The notes beneath the pieces were generated by a model, which saw nothing but the letters and a program-made list of their open reading frames with translations, was not told the DNA's origin and searched no databases. A program made the position numbers and the translations under genes. A stretch of DNA of 63,575 nucleotides, the filler included, from Choristocarpus tenellus KU-1152 (lineage: Eukaryota; Protista; Phaeophyceae), in assembly GCA_964200185.2 (NCBI GenBank). It is 12 parts of 12 records of this genome, joined end to end, with 100 filler letters (N's around TTAATTAATTAA, not from the genome) between each part and the next. Parts side by side here need not be neighbours in the genome. Positions count along the whole stretch, not along the records: positions 52,407 to 57,360 come from CAXNAD020012399.1; positions 57,461 to 60,702 come from CAXNAD020021313.1; positions 60,803 to 63,575 come from CAXNAD020024869.1; 9 more parts are not named here. One strand, 5' to 3'. This document shows positions 52,848-63,575 of this stretch, one piece after another; the stretch's first letter is position 1, and each line of letters starts with the position of its first letter.

Positions 52848-55052
52848 TACCCAAATAGCGAGGAGCGGGTACATGGATGTTCACGGTCGTACAGGAAGCC
52901 AAACAGTTTTAAGGTGTTTCGGTAGACAAGGCCATCGGATTGTGTACATGAGATACGTGCAGGATGAAGGCTCTCTACGAACTGCTCATCAATCGCTCAA
53001 AGCATGAATGTTACCAGCACTTGATTAAGACTGGACTGGTTGCAGTGGACTGCGAGGTTTGGAGACAGGTAGGGTTAGTACATGTATTCTAACTGACCCC
53101 ACCAAGAAGGTGTAACCCGCAATGCAACCCTCAATTGCTTGCACAAAAAGACGTGTAAACCAACTCATCCTGGTGTCAGCAGAGGATAGGTCAAAAGACC
53201 TGTATGTAGGAGGTACAAGCAGGATAGTTTGGAATTCGGGATCAGAGAGTTGGCACGACTAAATCAAGCCTCAACAAAAGATAAAAATGTAGGGGGGGAG
53301 GGGAAGGTATACAGGACAGTGTAGTGTGATCGAGTACACAATAGAGTCCTAGTCTTCCGGATTGGGACAGAATTATGACATTACTCACAGGTAGATATTC
53401 TGGAGCTTGGGATCCAAAAAGGTAGTACAAGTTTCAAAAAGATATAGGTAGCGGGGGAGGTTGGGGTATCATGGTCACAGCTCTGCAGTTCAATAGGAAA
53501 CGGTGCAAGTGTAAGAAGGTAGTAGAAGACATCATATTACTGGCCTCCTCCAACAGTACAATACAAAAGATAAGAGGATGAAGGTGGTGAGGGGCAGATG
53601 GTGCTGACGAACCTTCCAAGTTGAAAATATTCATGACCCCATACCCCAGAATGATAATGGTGGCCCAAATTGAGAATTCTGATAACGCTTCTCAAACCAC
53701 GCACCCCAATTACGTTGTACTACGGTTCTACCTCATGTCGTATGCAGTATACATGATTTGTAACAGTTACATAAGGTGTAAGAATAAACGATTCGAAGAC
53801 TTCTTTTCTGTTTGCACGCTCTGTCAACAGTCGTCTGACTAAATCTGGTCAAGTCGGTTTAACTTACTTTTTGTTCAAAAACTACAAATATAAGACTTTC
53901 TTGAACTTTCTTACTGACTGTTGGAAGAGAGAGAATTTTCAACAGTAATAAAAAAATTATTGTTGTAGAGATTTTTAATACTATAATAACAATACTAATC
54001 GCTAGTCATATTATTTGTGAGCAGGCGATTTCTGGTTGTGTTCTTGAAGTTCAGTAGCATCTGTTTGTGTGTAAGAAACTAGTTGGAGAAAATACATGCA
54101 CATGAAAATAGTTTTCATCGGTTTTTCCTATGACACATCTACAATGTGTCAAAAGCATAATAATTAAATAATATAGTTACTATTCATTTTATACAATGAC
54201 GGTAGTAGTAAATTGTGTAAGTTATTAGTTTAGATTATGATACCTTTTCTTCTCAAATTCCGTAGTCATTCAATTATTTTTTTTCCGATGATCATTATGT
54301 GTTGGGTTTTTTGTTGCTGTTGTGTTTTGTCTGTTGTTTCTTGTCTGTTGTCTGTTCATACTCCCTATTAAGACTACACTTACTCAATATTGTGTGCAAA
54401 AAAAAATTACCAACTTTGTTTGCTTGTCCGCAACTTCAAAACACAACCTCGAAAGTAGCAACAAGATCATAGGAGGGAGGCTAATCACTACAATCTTCTA
54501 TCGATCCCACCATTGACCCCAATCTCATGCTTAGAACGTAACGGTGAGCTCGTCGACTATAAGAAGTTATATTTGCTATCACACCGCATAGACCAAACAT
54601 CAGTGGTGCCGCAACGATTGTTAAGGGTGAGATCATTACCACTTGTATGGATCTTAGGATATTTCGGTTGGAAGTTAAGGAATAAACTCTCTCTCTCTCG
54701 ATGCAAAGTGCGATCACAATAGGACGCAGAAAGCCATGCCTCAGTGCTCTAGTCTAATTCTCACCGCGACCTGCTTCAATAGGTGCCTACGTGCGAAGTC
54801 AGTGCTCACAGTGGAAGTTGGGTATCGCAAAGTCCTTCTCCTGTCTACTAACAATAATAATAGCCAAACGGGTTGATCACCTAACAAATCCCCATGATGG
54901 GGTGGAAGATTTCTCCGGAGGTGAGCATTGTGAACTGGTGGGACGGGAAGGTGTGCATTTTGACGTGAGTACTAACCTTGCTATTGTGGTAGACAGGATA
55001 CTGCAGATTGTGGTATGACTGGATTGATTCATGTAGAAATAACCTACCGTCA

Positions 55053-55232
55053 GGCTCAAAGTATCTCGGAGGGGGTGGCGGCTGTCCATTTGGGGTCAAT
55101 TTTTTCATATCACGATTTTGGGTGATTTGGCTACCACACGTCCGATGGATAATGCAAATACACTTTTCCCGATTTTGGTCCAAATGGACACCCTCGTGTA
55201 GACACCCCCCACCCCCCCAGATACTTTGGGTC
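55053..55232. mobile_element. MITE family A, complete (180 bp)
   Basis: GGCTCAAAGTATCTCGG...CCCAGATACTTTGGGTC; flanked by TCA/TCA. Confidence 0.9.
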
Positions 55233-55995
55233 TCATGACCAACTTAACATTGTTTCATCGAGGGCAGCGCCCTAAGAAGAAAAGGTGAAATACGACTATT
55301 TCTTCAGAAGGTGATCATCGTATTCATTCTATTCTGATCATTATTTTCTTCGTCAGGGGCCAAGGACGAAGGGTACGTTTCGTTGGAGAAAAGGCGTCCT
55401 TACGCGAAGAGGGAACGAAGATAAAGGCACTACCACACTTCAGCCTTTCAATACTTTGACAAGGCAAGGTGAGGAGGAATCTCTCCCAGCGAGGATCTCT
55501 CCAACCAACCAGACATTTAACGAGAAAATACCTGAGGATGGCAAAAAGGGGTGTTATGTAAGTTCTCCACATAGACTAGCAGGCATGAGTCGTCTCGACT
55601 GCTAATTATCAAGTAATCGCGTGGATCTCTAGAACATATATTCTCTCATCAATTATGACGTTCGTTCTTTCTATGTCAAGTATATCATAAAATGTGTATG
55701 TGATGCGTTTTTTTTAATTACCTCATGGTTCCTCGTTATTTATTATACAATTTGAGGTCGAAGAGGTTTACACCACACCAATGTGTCTCCATATCAACTC
55801 ACGAACCAAAGAATTACATGTGAAGCCAAATTTTATTTTGATGGAACCCTCTTGCCCCTCGAACCCCTCAACCTTTACTTGGCTTGTCAGTGCAGTCTAA
55901 CTCTAACTATTACAAATGTATTGTTTGTATAGCATTGTCCCCCGATTCAAACCAAGCAGGGATACCTCCTTTGCCCAAACCCTGGCCCCTTCCAG

Positions 55996-56430
55996 GTACA
56001 CTATGATGATATGCATTTGGATTTCAAGAAGGCAATCCCAGCGCCCACTGTTGGGATAGATACACTCTTTCTTCCTCCAATCTGTGAGCCCCTAGGATCC
56101 CCGGATATTCAGAACTGTCAGGGAAACCGTCCTCGCACCTTCTCTGAATATACTGCTGCTTCTTGCAGCCCATCCACACCACGATTAGACAGGAATTGTA
56201 GCGCCGGAAGCGCCCAAAGCAGTATAGTAAATCATAGGCGGGGTTGGTCGACGGAACTGTCACCATTGCCCAGCTTTGATCCTGAGCTAAACCACGAAGC
56301 GACAAACTATTCATTGGATGCAGCGACACCAGAGGCCATTGAACTGGGTAGGTGGCAAGAACAGGAAGAAGCTTGGGAGGCGTCACCTCCTCCTTGCTAT
56401 CCCTATGCCCGCAATGTATTGCCGGTATAG
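55996..56430 (+). CDS. Probable terminal exon of a hypothetical protein (possible upstream exon 54783-55012)
   Basis: Acceptor ccttccag|, then a 144-codon open frame to TAG. No recognisable domain; upstream phase not resolved. Confidence 0.4.
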   Translation, partial: VHYDDMHLDFKKAIPAPTVGIDTLFLPPICEPLGSPDIQNCQGNRPRTFSEYTAASCSPSTPRLDRNCSAGSAQSSIVNHRRGWSTELSPLPSFDPELNHEATNYSLDAATPEAIELGRWQEQEEAWEASPPPCYPYARNVLPV

Positions 56431-57958
56431 TGAGATGGAGACAGGTTGTGTGTGACGAGGAGAGCAGGGTGGATAGTGAAAGGCTGGGTAGTAGTACAGG
56501 ATACTTGAAGTGTTCATGTATGCACGCTCGTCTTTAACACTTTCCAATTTTGGAAAAGCTTTTGAAGTCATACGCTCTGTACTGGTGCTGATGGCATTTA
56601 CTTTTGCAGTGGTTATTGTAATCATTTATTCCATATATATATTGTGACTGAGATCTGTTCATGTTACCCCAGACAGAACAGGTCCCATGAATTTATGATA
56701 TTTAATAGACTATCCAAGTAGTTTCGGTTTAAATCGAATGTATGTTGGTCAGTCTTAGGTATGTATATTCCCCACATTTCAGTTTTCAGGTATACAACTC
56801 ATCTCCAAATGCCTTGACTTGTATCAAAGTGTTGGACATTGCCACGTCACTTATGGTATGGATGGGATATGTGGAGGGAGGGGCATTAGACATGGATTCA
56901 GAGGGTCAGTAAGGTTTAGTGAAAGTGCTTGTAGTACTGCTATATTAGCTACTGTGGAGGGTAATACACTTGCTTATCATCCTTGATCAGGGACTTAGGG
57001 ATTGGGTTCTGGGTATGAAACAAGAAGTTATATTGTGATACAGGTTGTTCCATGTTTGTGTTTGTTGTTGTCACTTGAATTTTTGTGTTTTTGCAAGTAA
57101 TTGCGTACTACCATATACAAAATGGTCCTCCAACATTTAGTGACCTGTGCTCACTCCCGTGTGGATGTGACAGTGGGAGCGTGGAGGGTGTACTCAAACG
57201 AGTGCCTTCGGGCTTGCCATATTTTTCCACTGATCACATACATGGGGAATATCACACTAAAAGGATGGAATTGTTGTAGAGGTTTCATCATCAGCCACAT
57301 GCACAGGAGGGGGGGGGTGCAAGTCTTCTATTAGAGGTTGATCTATATGATTGGGTGTATNNNNNNNNNNNNNNNNNNNNNNNNNNNNNNNNNNNNNNNN
57401 NNNNTTAATTAATTAANNNNNNNNNNNNNNNNNNNNNNNNNNNNNNNNNNNNNNNNNNNNTAAATTCCCTTTTTCTTTTTTTTGGCCCAAAGGGAACCCC
57501 TGTTTTGCCCCCCCCCCCCCCCCCCCCCCCCCCCAGATACTTTGGGTCAAGAAAGAACAAAAAAATGAAAACATTGAACACAAGAAATTGTTCAAACATC
57601 TCACAAGAGCTGGTGCACTCTCTTTGACGGGTGGATGACCCTTCCAAGAACCACATCCTTGTTCTTGTTCCAATTACCAATACTATTATTGTTAGAATAA
57701 AAAACTATGGGATTGTTTGCACAGAAATCTTTGTGTGTCTGCATTCTTTGTGTGATCTGAACAAATCCAAATGATTGTAGCAAAGCCTAAGCCTAACCCT
57801 AACCCTAACCCTATCCTGAAGCCCTGTCGCTACAATTGTCTACTTACTCTACACACTCAAGGCTCGAAAGTCCTCAAGACATCAGTGGGTAGTGTTCTGA
57901 TCTCAAATCAGGAATAAGAATACTTTTATGAACAAGAAAAAAGAACAATAATGATAAT

Positions 57959-58512
57959 CCCATAAGTCTGTTCCTTTAAGCATGTAACTCTTCGGGATGA
58001 CCTCCGATTTGTTAAACAGATTTTTGCACTGGATTCCTCGACATTTTTTTTTTTTTAACAGATTTTTGCACTGGATTCCTTGACAATTTTTTTGCAAAAA
58101 CAGATTTTTGCACTGGATTCCTCGACATTTTTTTTTAAAAACAGATTTTTGCACTGGAATCCTTGACATTTTTTTTAAAAAACAGATTCTTGCACTAGAA
58201 TCCTTGACATTTTTTAAAAAAAACAGATTTTTGCACTAGATAACCCTAACCCTCAATTTCAATCAACACCGTCAATAAACCGATTAAGTGCCTTGTTATA
58301 GCCTATATGGCCCACCTAAACATCTGTTCCATATTTTCAGAAAGGTTTTGGGATATAATTTTTTTTTTTTCAAATATAACTAATCTTACATCATATTTTC
58401 AGAGGAATCAAACGTAGAAATTCGTTTTTTTTTTAATTGGAGGTCATCCCGAAGAGTTACATGCTTAAGGAACAGACTTAAAGGAACAGACTTAAAGGAA
58501 CAGACTTATGGG
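57959..58512. mobile_element. Non-autonomous TIR element with ~50-bp TIRs and internal tandem repeats
   Basis: CCCATAAGTCTGTTCCTTTAAGCATGTAACTCTTCGGGATGACCTCC is inverted at 58439-58512. About six ~41-bp internal units AACAGATTTTTGCACTGGATTCCT.GACATTT lie at 58014-58240. Confidence 0.7.
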
Positions 58513-58543
58513 CCAGAGGGAGTAAGAGTAGGCATAAGATTAA

Positions 58544-58706
58544 GTGTTGGAATAGAAGCATGAGCTAGAGTATGAATGTTGGAATAGAAGCAAGAGCTAG
58601 AGTATGAGTGTTGGAATAGAAGCAAGAGCTAGAGTATGAGTGTTGGAATAGAAGCATGAACTAGAGTATGAGTGTTGGAATAAAAGCAAGAGCTAGAGTA
58701 TGAGTG
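58544..58706. repeat. 32-bp minisatellite x5 (GTGTTGGAATAGAAGCAAGAGCTAGAGTATGA)
   Basis: Head-to-tail copies without spacers. Confidence 0.92.
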
Positions 58707-59384
58707 CTAACCCTAACCCTATCCCTAAGTAATATTGAGAATATGACTAGACACCCATAGCCTAAGGTGGTAACTAATCAAGCGCAGTATGCTTCCAATA
58801 TCAGACCAAAGTTCTGATTTCTACTGACATAGGTTAAAGAATAAATGGAAGACCAAAAGCTTTGTACAGACACACTCTGGCTACTATGCAGGTGCTTGCA
58901 GAGTTTCTTCCTCTCAACAACAAGGAGCTAGGGTGGGGCACCTCATACAGCTTACCTCTCTTGGCTATGATTTAGGGTTAGGGTTAGGATTTAAAAACAA
59001 AAAAAAACGCTTGGTGAGTGAGAGAAAGATTGTGAATCTGTTTTGTCTTTGGTATGAACCAGCACATGTTCAACACTTTCTGATTGAGTCATCTCAACTG
59101 CAGTACTCTTGTTTCAAGAAAACAGATCAAGAAAAGAGCTCCAGTCGTACATCCGTACGGACATTGTATCCCTAAAACCCTAACCCTATTGATTGCCGTT
59201 GATGTTGGTCTTGTATTCCTAACCCTAACCCTAAACCCTAACCATATGGCATTGATAAAATTTTGATACTCCGGGTATTCATCTATTTTCCGTTGGGTCT
59301 GTAAGTCATTTTCTTCAATGGAAGTTTAAGTTATTCAAACCTAACCCTAACCCTAACCCTAACCCTAACGTTCAGTAGAGTGGA

Positions 59385-59523
59385 GGAGATGACACAAAAA
59401 GTCTGTAAAAGCAGATGATACAAAAAGTCTGTAAAAGGAGATGACACAAAAATTCTGTAAAAGGAGATGACACAAAAAGTCTGTAAAAGCAGATGACACA
59501 AAAAGTCTGTAAAAGCAGATGAC
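59385..59523. repeat. 26-bp minisatellite x5 (GAGATGACACAAAAAGTCTGTAAAAG)
   Basis: Head-to-tail copies. Confidence 0.92.
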
Positions 59524-59577
59524 TATTGGCTAGGAAGGAATTGGGACCCACAGATTGAAAGTCGAGAACTGATTTAC

Positions 59578-59836
59578 CCCAAGCCCCCATCTTCCCATCA
59601 GGCATCAGAAGCACAGGAATCCCATAGGGACCACAGAGCACTCTGTAGTAGCAAAGTCACAACACAGTGCTATGTGTAGGTACACAACAGGACAGAACGT
59701 TTTGACAACAACAAAAAAGAACTGTGGGGCGCTTTCTTAGAAATTTCCGAGCCAGTTGGAATTCCCCTGCGAGGGCAAGGAATAGTGAGACAGATCACAC
59801 CATCTTGCCAAAATTGATGGGATAACTGTAAAATGT

Positions 59837-59871
<35 letters not shown>

Positions 59872-60112
59872 GAGAAAAAAAATAGAGGATAGCCGTACTG
59901 ATATTGATGTTTACCTAAGCAAACCCTAACCCTAACTTGATTAATTAACTTGATCAATTAATATCAGCGCAGGCACCAACCTCGTAGCTCTTTTTAGCTT
60001 GAGCATTATCTTCAGGAATGTACTTGTAGCTTGCTTTGTTATGCATCACCAGCTGATCATCCACAAAATAGAAGCTGTCAGACTTGGTCTCATGGGGACC
60101 TGCAATCATTGC
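59578..60112 (-). CDS. Two probable internal exons of an unidentified protein (60112-~59981; ~59642-59578)
   Basis: cag|AMIAGPHETKSDSFYFVDDQLVMHNKASYKYIPEDNAQAKKSYE and VLCGPYGIPVLLMPDGKMGAW|gtaaat. The exact junction is unresolved. Confidence 0.55.
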
Positions 60113-62468
60113 CTGAACTGGACAAGGGAAACAAACATGGGTATGACTGCTTTTACTACTATTGAGTAGAGACACAAACAAGAATATCTCATATTAATAT
60201 TATCGTTATTATTACTATCTTATCATTGATGTGGATTTGTAATTAATAGTATTAAAAATATATATATATTCTCTTGTTACAATTTTATCATTGTTAATTG
60301 ATATTGTAAGTATTATTGTTAATTGATATTATTGTAACAATTTTATCGTTAATATTGATATTGCATAAGTGTCCTTAACCAGGATATCAAACAGCGTACC
60401 CAAAAAAAAAATCCGGTGTCGGTGGAACAGTAAAACCAACTAAATAACTACTGACAAAGAGAAGCAGTTCACGGTACATAGTGACTCAAAATATACAAAA
60501 TGTACCCAGATTTTGGTCGTTCTGCATTTGGAGTCTGTTTATCAATCTTTTGCTATTCACCCATACTTCTATGGGTGAAGTTCTAAGTTTGACCTCAGAG
60601 CGTTTATATATATTTTTTCATTGCTTCAAGCTTTTTTTGTATATTTTTTGGGGTCAAAGTATCTGGGGGGGGGGGGGGGGGGGGGGGGGTGGGGGGGGGG
60701 GGNNNNNNNNNNNNNNNNNNNNNNNNNNNNNNNNNNNNNNNNNNNNTTAATTAATTAANNNNNNNNNNNNNNNNNNNNNNNNNNNNNNNNNNNNNNNNNN
60801 NNCGCGCGTCTTATGCATAAGGTGTGTGTCGGAGATCCCAAAAAGGAACCTGTCCCTGACACATACATTTTTATGTCTGTATTTGGTTCTAGTTCAATGC
60901 CGTCATAGACATACATAGAAATTTCAAAACTTACGTAAAGAGAGCAAAATTCCCTTTATTAAATCTCCTTTTTGATTCCAGAGGAAAAGGAACACTCAAC
61001 TAGCCTATTCATAACCACAATATATGTACTACTATTTATAAGGGGGCATTCGGTAAAGGCGGTTGTTCTTGTATTGATTATTGTGAAATTATTACACAAG
61101 CGAAAAAAAATAGGTTGAAAATTCTATACTTTCTTTGTCAAGAGAGGATAGGTGCGTATCCCTTCCATGAGAATCGGGCTTGTCTGTGGCTATCCCTGTG
61201 CGCTGTACGTGACGCTAATCACTGGGTGTGTCAGAAGGTAAAAAGACGACAGGACTTCCACGTCGTGCAAGGTGATCAGGTGTGTACGGCTGGAGGATGA
61301 TGTGAACCGACCGCGACATGCCATCCTCTCTGGGCCTGACTCGATGCGCAAAACATTTCCTCTCTCTCCTTCTATTTGTATCTCCTGTCCCATTTCCAAC
61401 GTGCCCACCCAATGCAGACATCCCGTGATCAACTGAGAGGCTTAGTCCAACCACCAAACGCTGCCATGTCGCCAAAGGGAACCAGAAGGTGAGTCCCCAT
61501 ACAAGAAACGTTCACCCTTCGTGCAGCCTACACTGGAGCGTTTCTGAATGACCAATATCGCAAACACAGCATCATGATATAGCGCCTTTGGCGAATGTTG
61601 CGGCTTTCGTCCGTTCACGTAGCATGTATTATCATGTGGCTGACATGATGGTGTACCCAAGCAGTTGTGTATAACCCCCTAGTCACGACCCCTAATCCAA
61701 ACATTGTTGCATAGTGTGCCGTACCGAACGCGCCCATCCGGGGTCGAGCCTTCCTTGTCTAGAGGTCATTTGCGATGTGTAACGTATCCCGCCAATTCCT
61801 ATGTACGCGTTCCTCTCGATACTAAATTTCAACAGGTCTTTTATTCGGCTTTTGCGAAAGCACGAACATGCCCCTCCCTTTCTTAATATATAGCCCAAAT
61901 CCGGGTTAGGTCTCTAGATGGCGTTGCTGTTCACCACGCTACATCGGTTCACACGAGATAGGCCGTACAAACAGACACGACACAGACAGGGTCCTAATTA
62001 CATTCCCTCGCATTTCAATACAGTGCAAGCGCTAGAGAATTGAGACCTCAACGCGTTATGTACGGAGGCCATCTTCAGGACTACGACCATACCAATTTCG
62101 TCCATCGCTGTTACGTTGCCACCTGTGTAAACGTTTTGTTGGAAACTCCATATAGACACCTAGTGAAAGCAATGTCGCGTCGAAATCGGCGTAAACCCTA
62201 TGCACGCCGGTCTGTCTATTCCGCAATATAGTCCACAGCTCTGTCGACACTGGCGAATTTTTGTTTCGTGTATACTAAGAGGCCTCCATGTCACGGTGCT
62301 TTGAAATCCAGGGAGAAAATGCTCACGTTAGGCCAAGATTGGCGACATGTGCGGCGTTGAAGAGTTTCAAACGTACCTGCCCCTCATTACGTTTTTCTCG
62401 GTCGTGAACATAACCACACGGGTCAACACATGCTTACGTGTTCATTTGTATTCGGAGCTTCTACCAAG

Positions 62469-62840
62469 CAGCTGTCAGCAGTGGTAACACCAACATTTTC
62501 AAACTCAGCTGTTATTGGTGGTAATACCGACATTTTCAAATTCGATGCCCTGTATTTGTTACCTTTACAACCATGTACACACCAGCTGTCAACGGTGGTG
62601 TCACCAACGTTTTCACATTCGATGACCTGTATTTGTTACCTTCACAACCGTGTTCACACCAGCTGTCAATGGTGGTAACACCAACATTTTCAGATATTCT
62701 CGATGTCCTCTATTTATTACCTTTACAACCGTATACACACCAGCTGTCAGCAGTGATAATATCGACATTTTCAAATTCGATGCCCTGTATTTGTTACCTT
62801 TACAACAACCGTGTACACACCAGCTGTCAATAGTGGTGCC
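62469..62840. repeat. ~77-81-bp minisatellite, 4 full units plus partials
   Basis: CAGCTGT unit starts at 62469, 62506, 62583, 62660, 62741, 62821. The whole unit is repeated. Confidence 0.9.
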
Positions 62841-63268
62841 AATCCGCCGAGAGACATAATATTTCACCTTCTGAATTGATTACAGCGAATTCGACCAAAC
62901 ATTTTACGGAAATTGGAACATGGGTTGCAGTTGCATATGTTGGGAGTAATCAGACAACTGATCCGAAATAGAAGCAAGATTTTTCGATACAATTTCACGC
63001 ACCATAACATTCGTCTGTCAAGTGTGACATGGTGACACCTTTGATACGCACGTGTAAGGGCTCCGATACCATTGGAACCTTTCCGATAAGGTTTGTATCG
63101 TGTCGCAATGCAATCTCAATACAACTCGCATGATGGTATCATCACGCGCGCTTTTCTTAGTCAAAAACCCCGCTAACCCTAAACTTAGAATTTGATCACT
63201 TTTACCGACCAACAGAACATACCAAATTCGTGCTTAGAAGTACGTTCCAAATCGACATGTACGTATCA

Positions 63269-63528
63269 GAGTGAAAGTACCTTAGAGGGTACGAATTTTG
63301 CGCTGTTTGTCCATTTGGGGCTTGACTTCTCTCGGGATTTTTTATGACATTTTCCTACTCCAAAATATTTTCTGAGTAGGTAAAATGTGTATGTTATGAA
63401 AAGGTGTGCCCGGAACAAGGATATTGGCACTTCCTGACGAACACGATACCCAAAATTACATCTAATTCGCAACATTAGATTTTGGCCCCCAAATGGACGC
63501 GGCTCTACCCTCTAAGATAATTTGCCTC
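63269..63528. mobile_element. MITE family B, complete (260 bp)
   Basis: GAGTGAAAGTACCTTAGAGGGTA...TACCCTCTAAGATAATTTGCCTC; flanked by ATCA/ATCA. Another family-type terminus starts at 63557. Confidence 0.9.
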
Positions 63529-63575
63529 ATCAACTGGTGCATTCATGCTTTCACTTGGATCAAAGTATCTTGGGG

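Noticed and set aside
58014-59523. CRISPR-like 41-, 32- and 26-bp repeats
   Set aside because: Head-to-tail tandem repeats without spacers.
61190-61432. MscS-like motif GQEIQIEGERGNVLRI
   Set aside because: Short chance-level resemblance, with no transmembrane region or supporting exons.
62469-62840. CRISPR-like array (~78-bp period)
   Set aside because: The whole unit is repeated with no unique spacers, there are no cas genes, and the context is eukaryotic. It is a minisatellite.

Overview
This is not one continuous locus. It is 12 short contigs of an intron-rich eukaryotic genome joined by artificial 100-bp linkers (44 N + TTAATTAATTAA + 44 N) at 4098, 9100, 13124, 18113, 24813, 40931, 46497, 49519, 52307, 57361 and 60703. 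A bipartite plastid-targeting presequence, TTAGGG repeats and the intron style suggest a photosynthetic stramenopile, probably a brown alga or relative (inference). I spliced exons by hand and checked reading phase. Genes recovered: a saposin-B/Canopy-like ER protein, a GT41 O-GlcNAc-transferase-like protein, a glucosidase II beta (PRKCSH)-like protein head-to-head with an AlaX editing protein, a plastid-targeted bacterial-type citramalate synthase (CimA/LeuA3, at least 15 exons), a TKL kinase head-to-head with TFIP11, and a CNOT1-like fragment. Mobile DNA: the 5' part of a Ty1/copia element with UGA at a zinc-knuckle Cys, a decayed LTR, two related MITE families with mixed 3/4-bp target duplications, another TIR element, and many micro/minisatellites. 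I found no rRNA, tRNA or CRISPR array. All homology calls come from motif recognition, not database searches.
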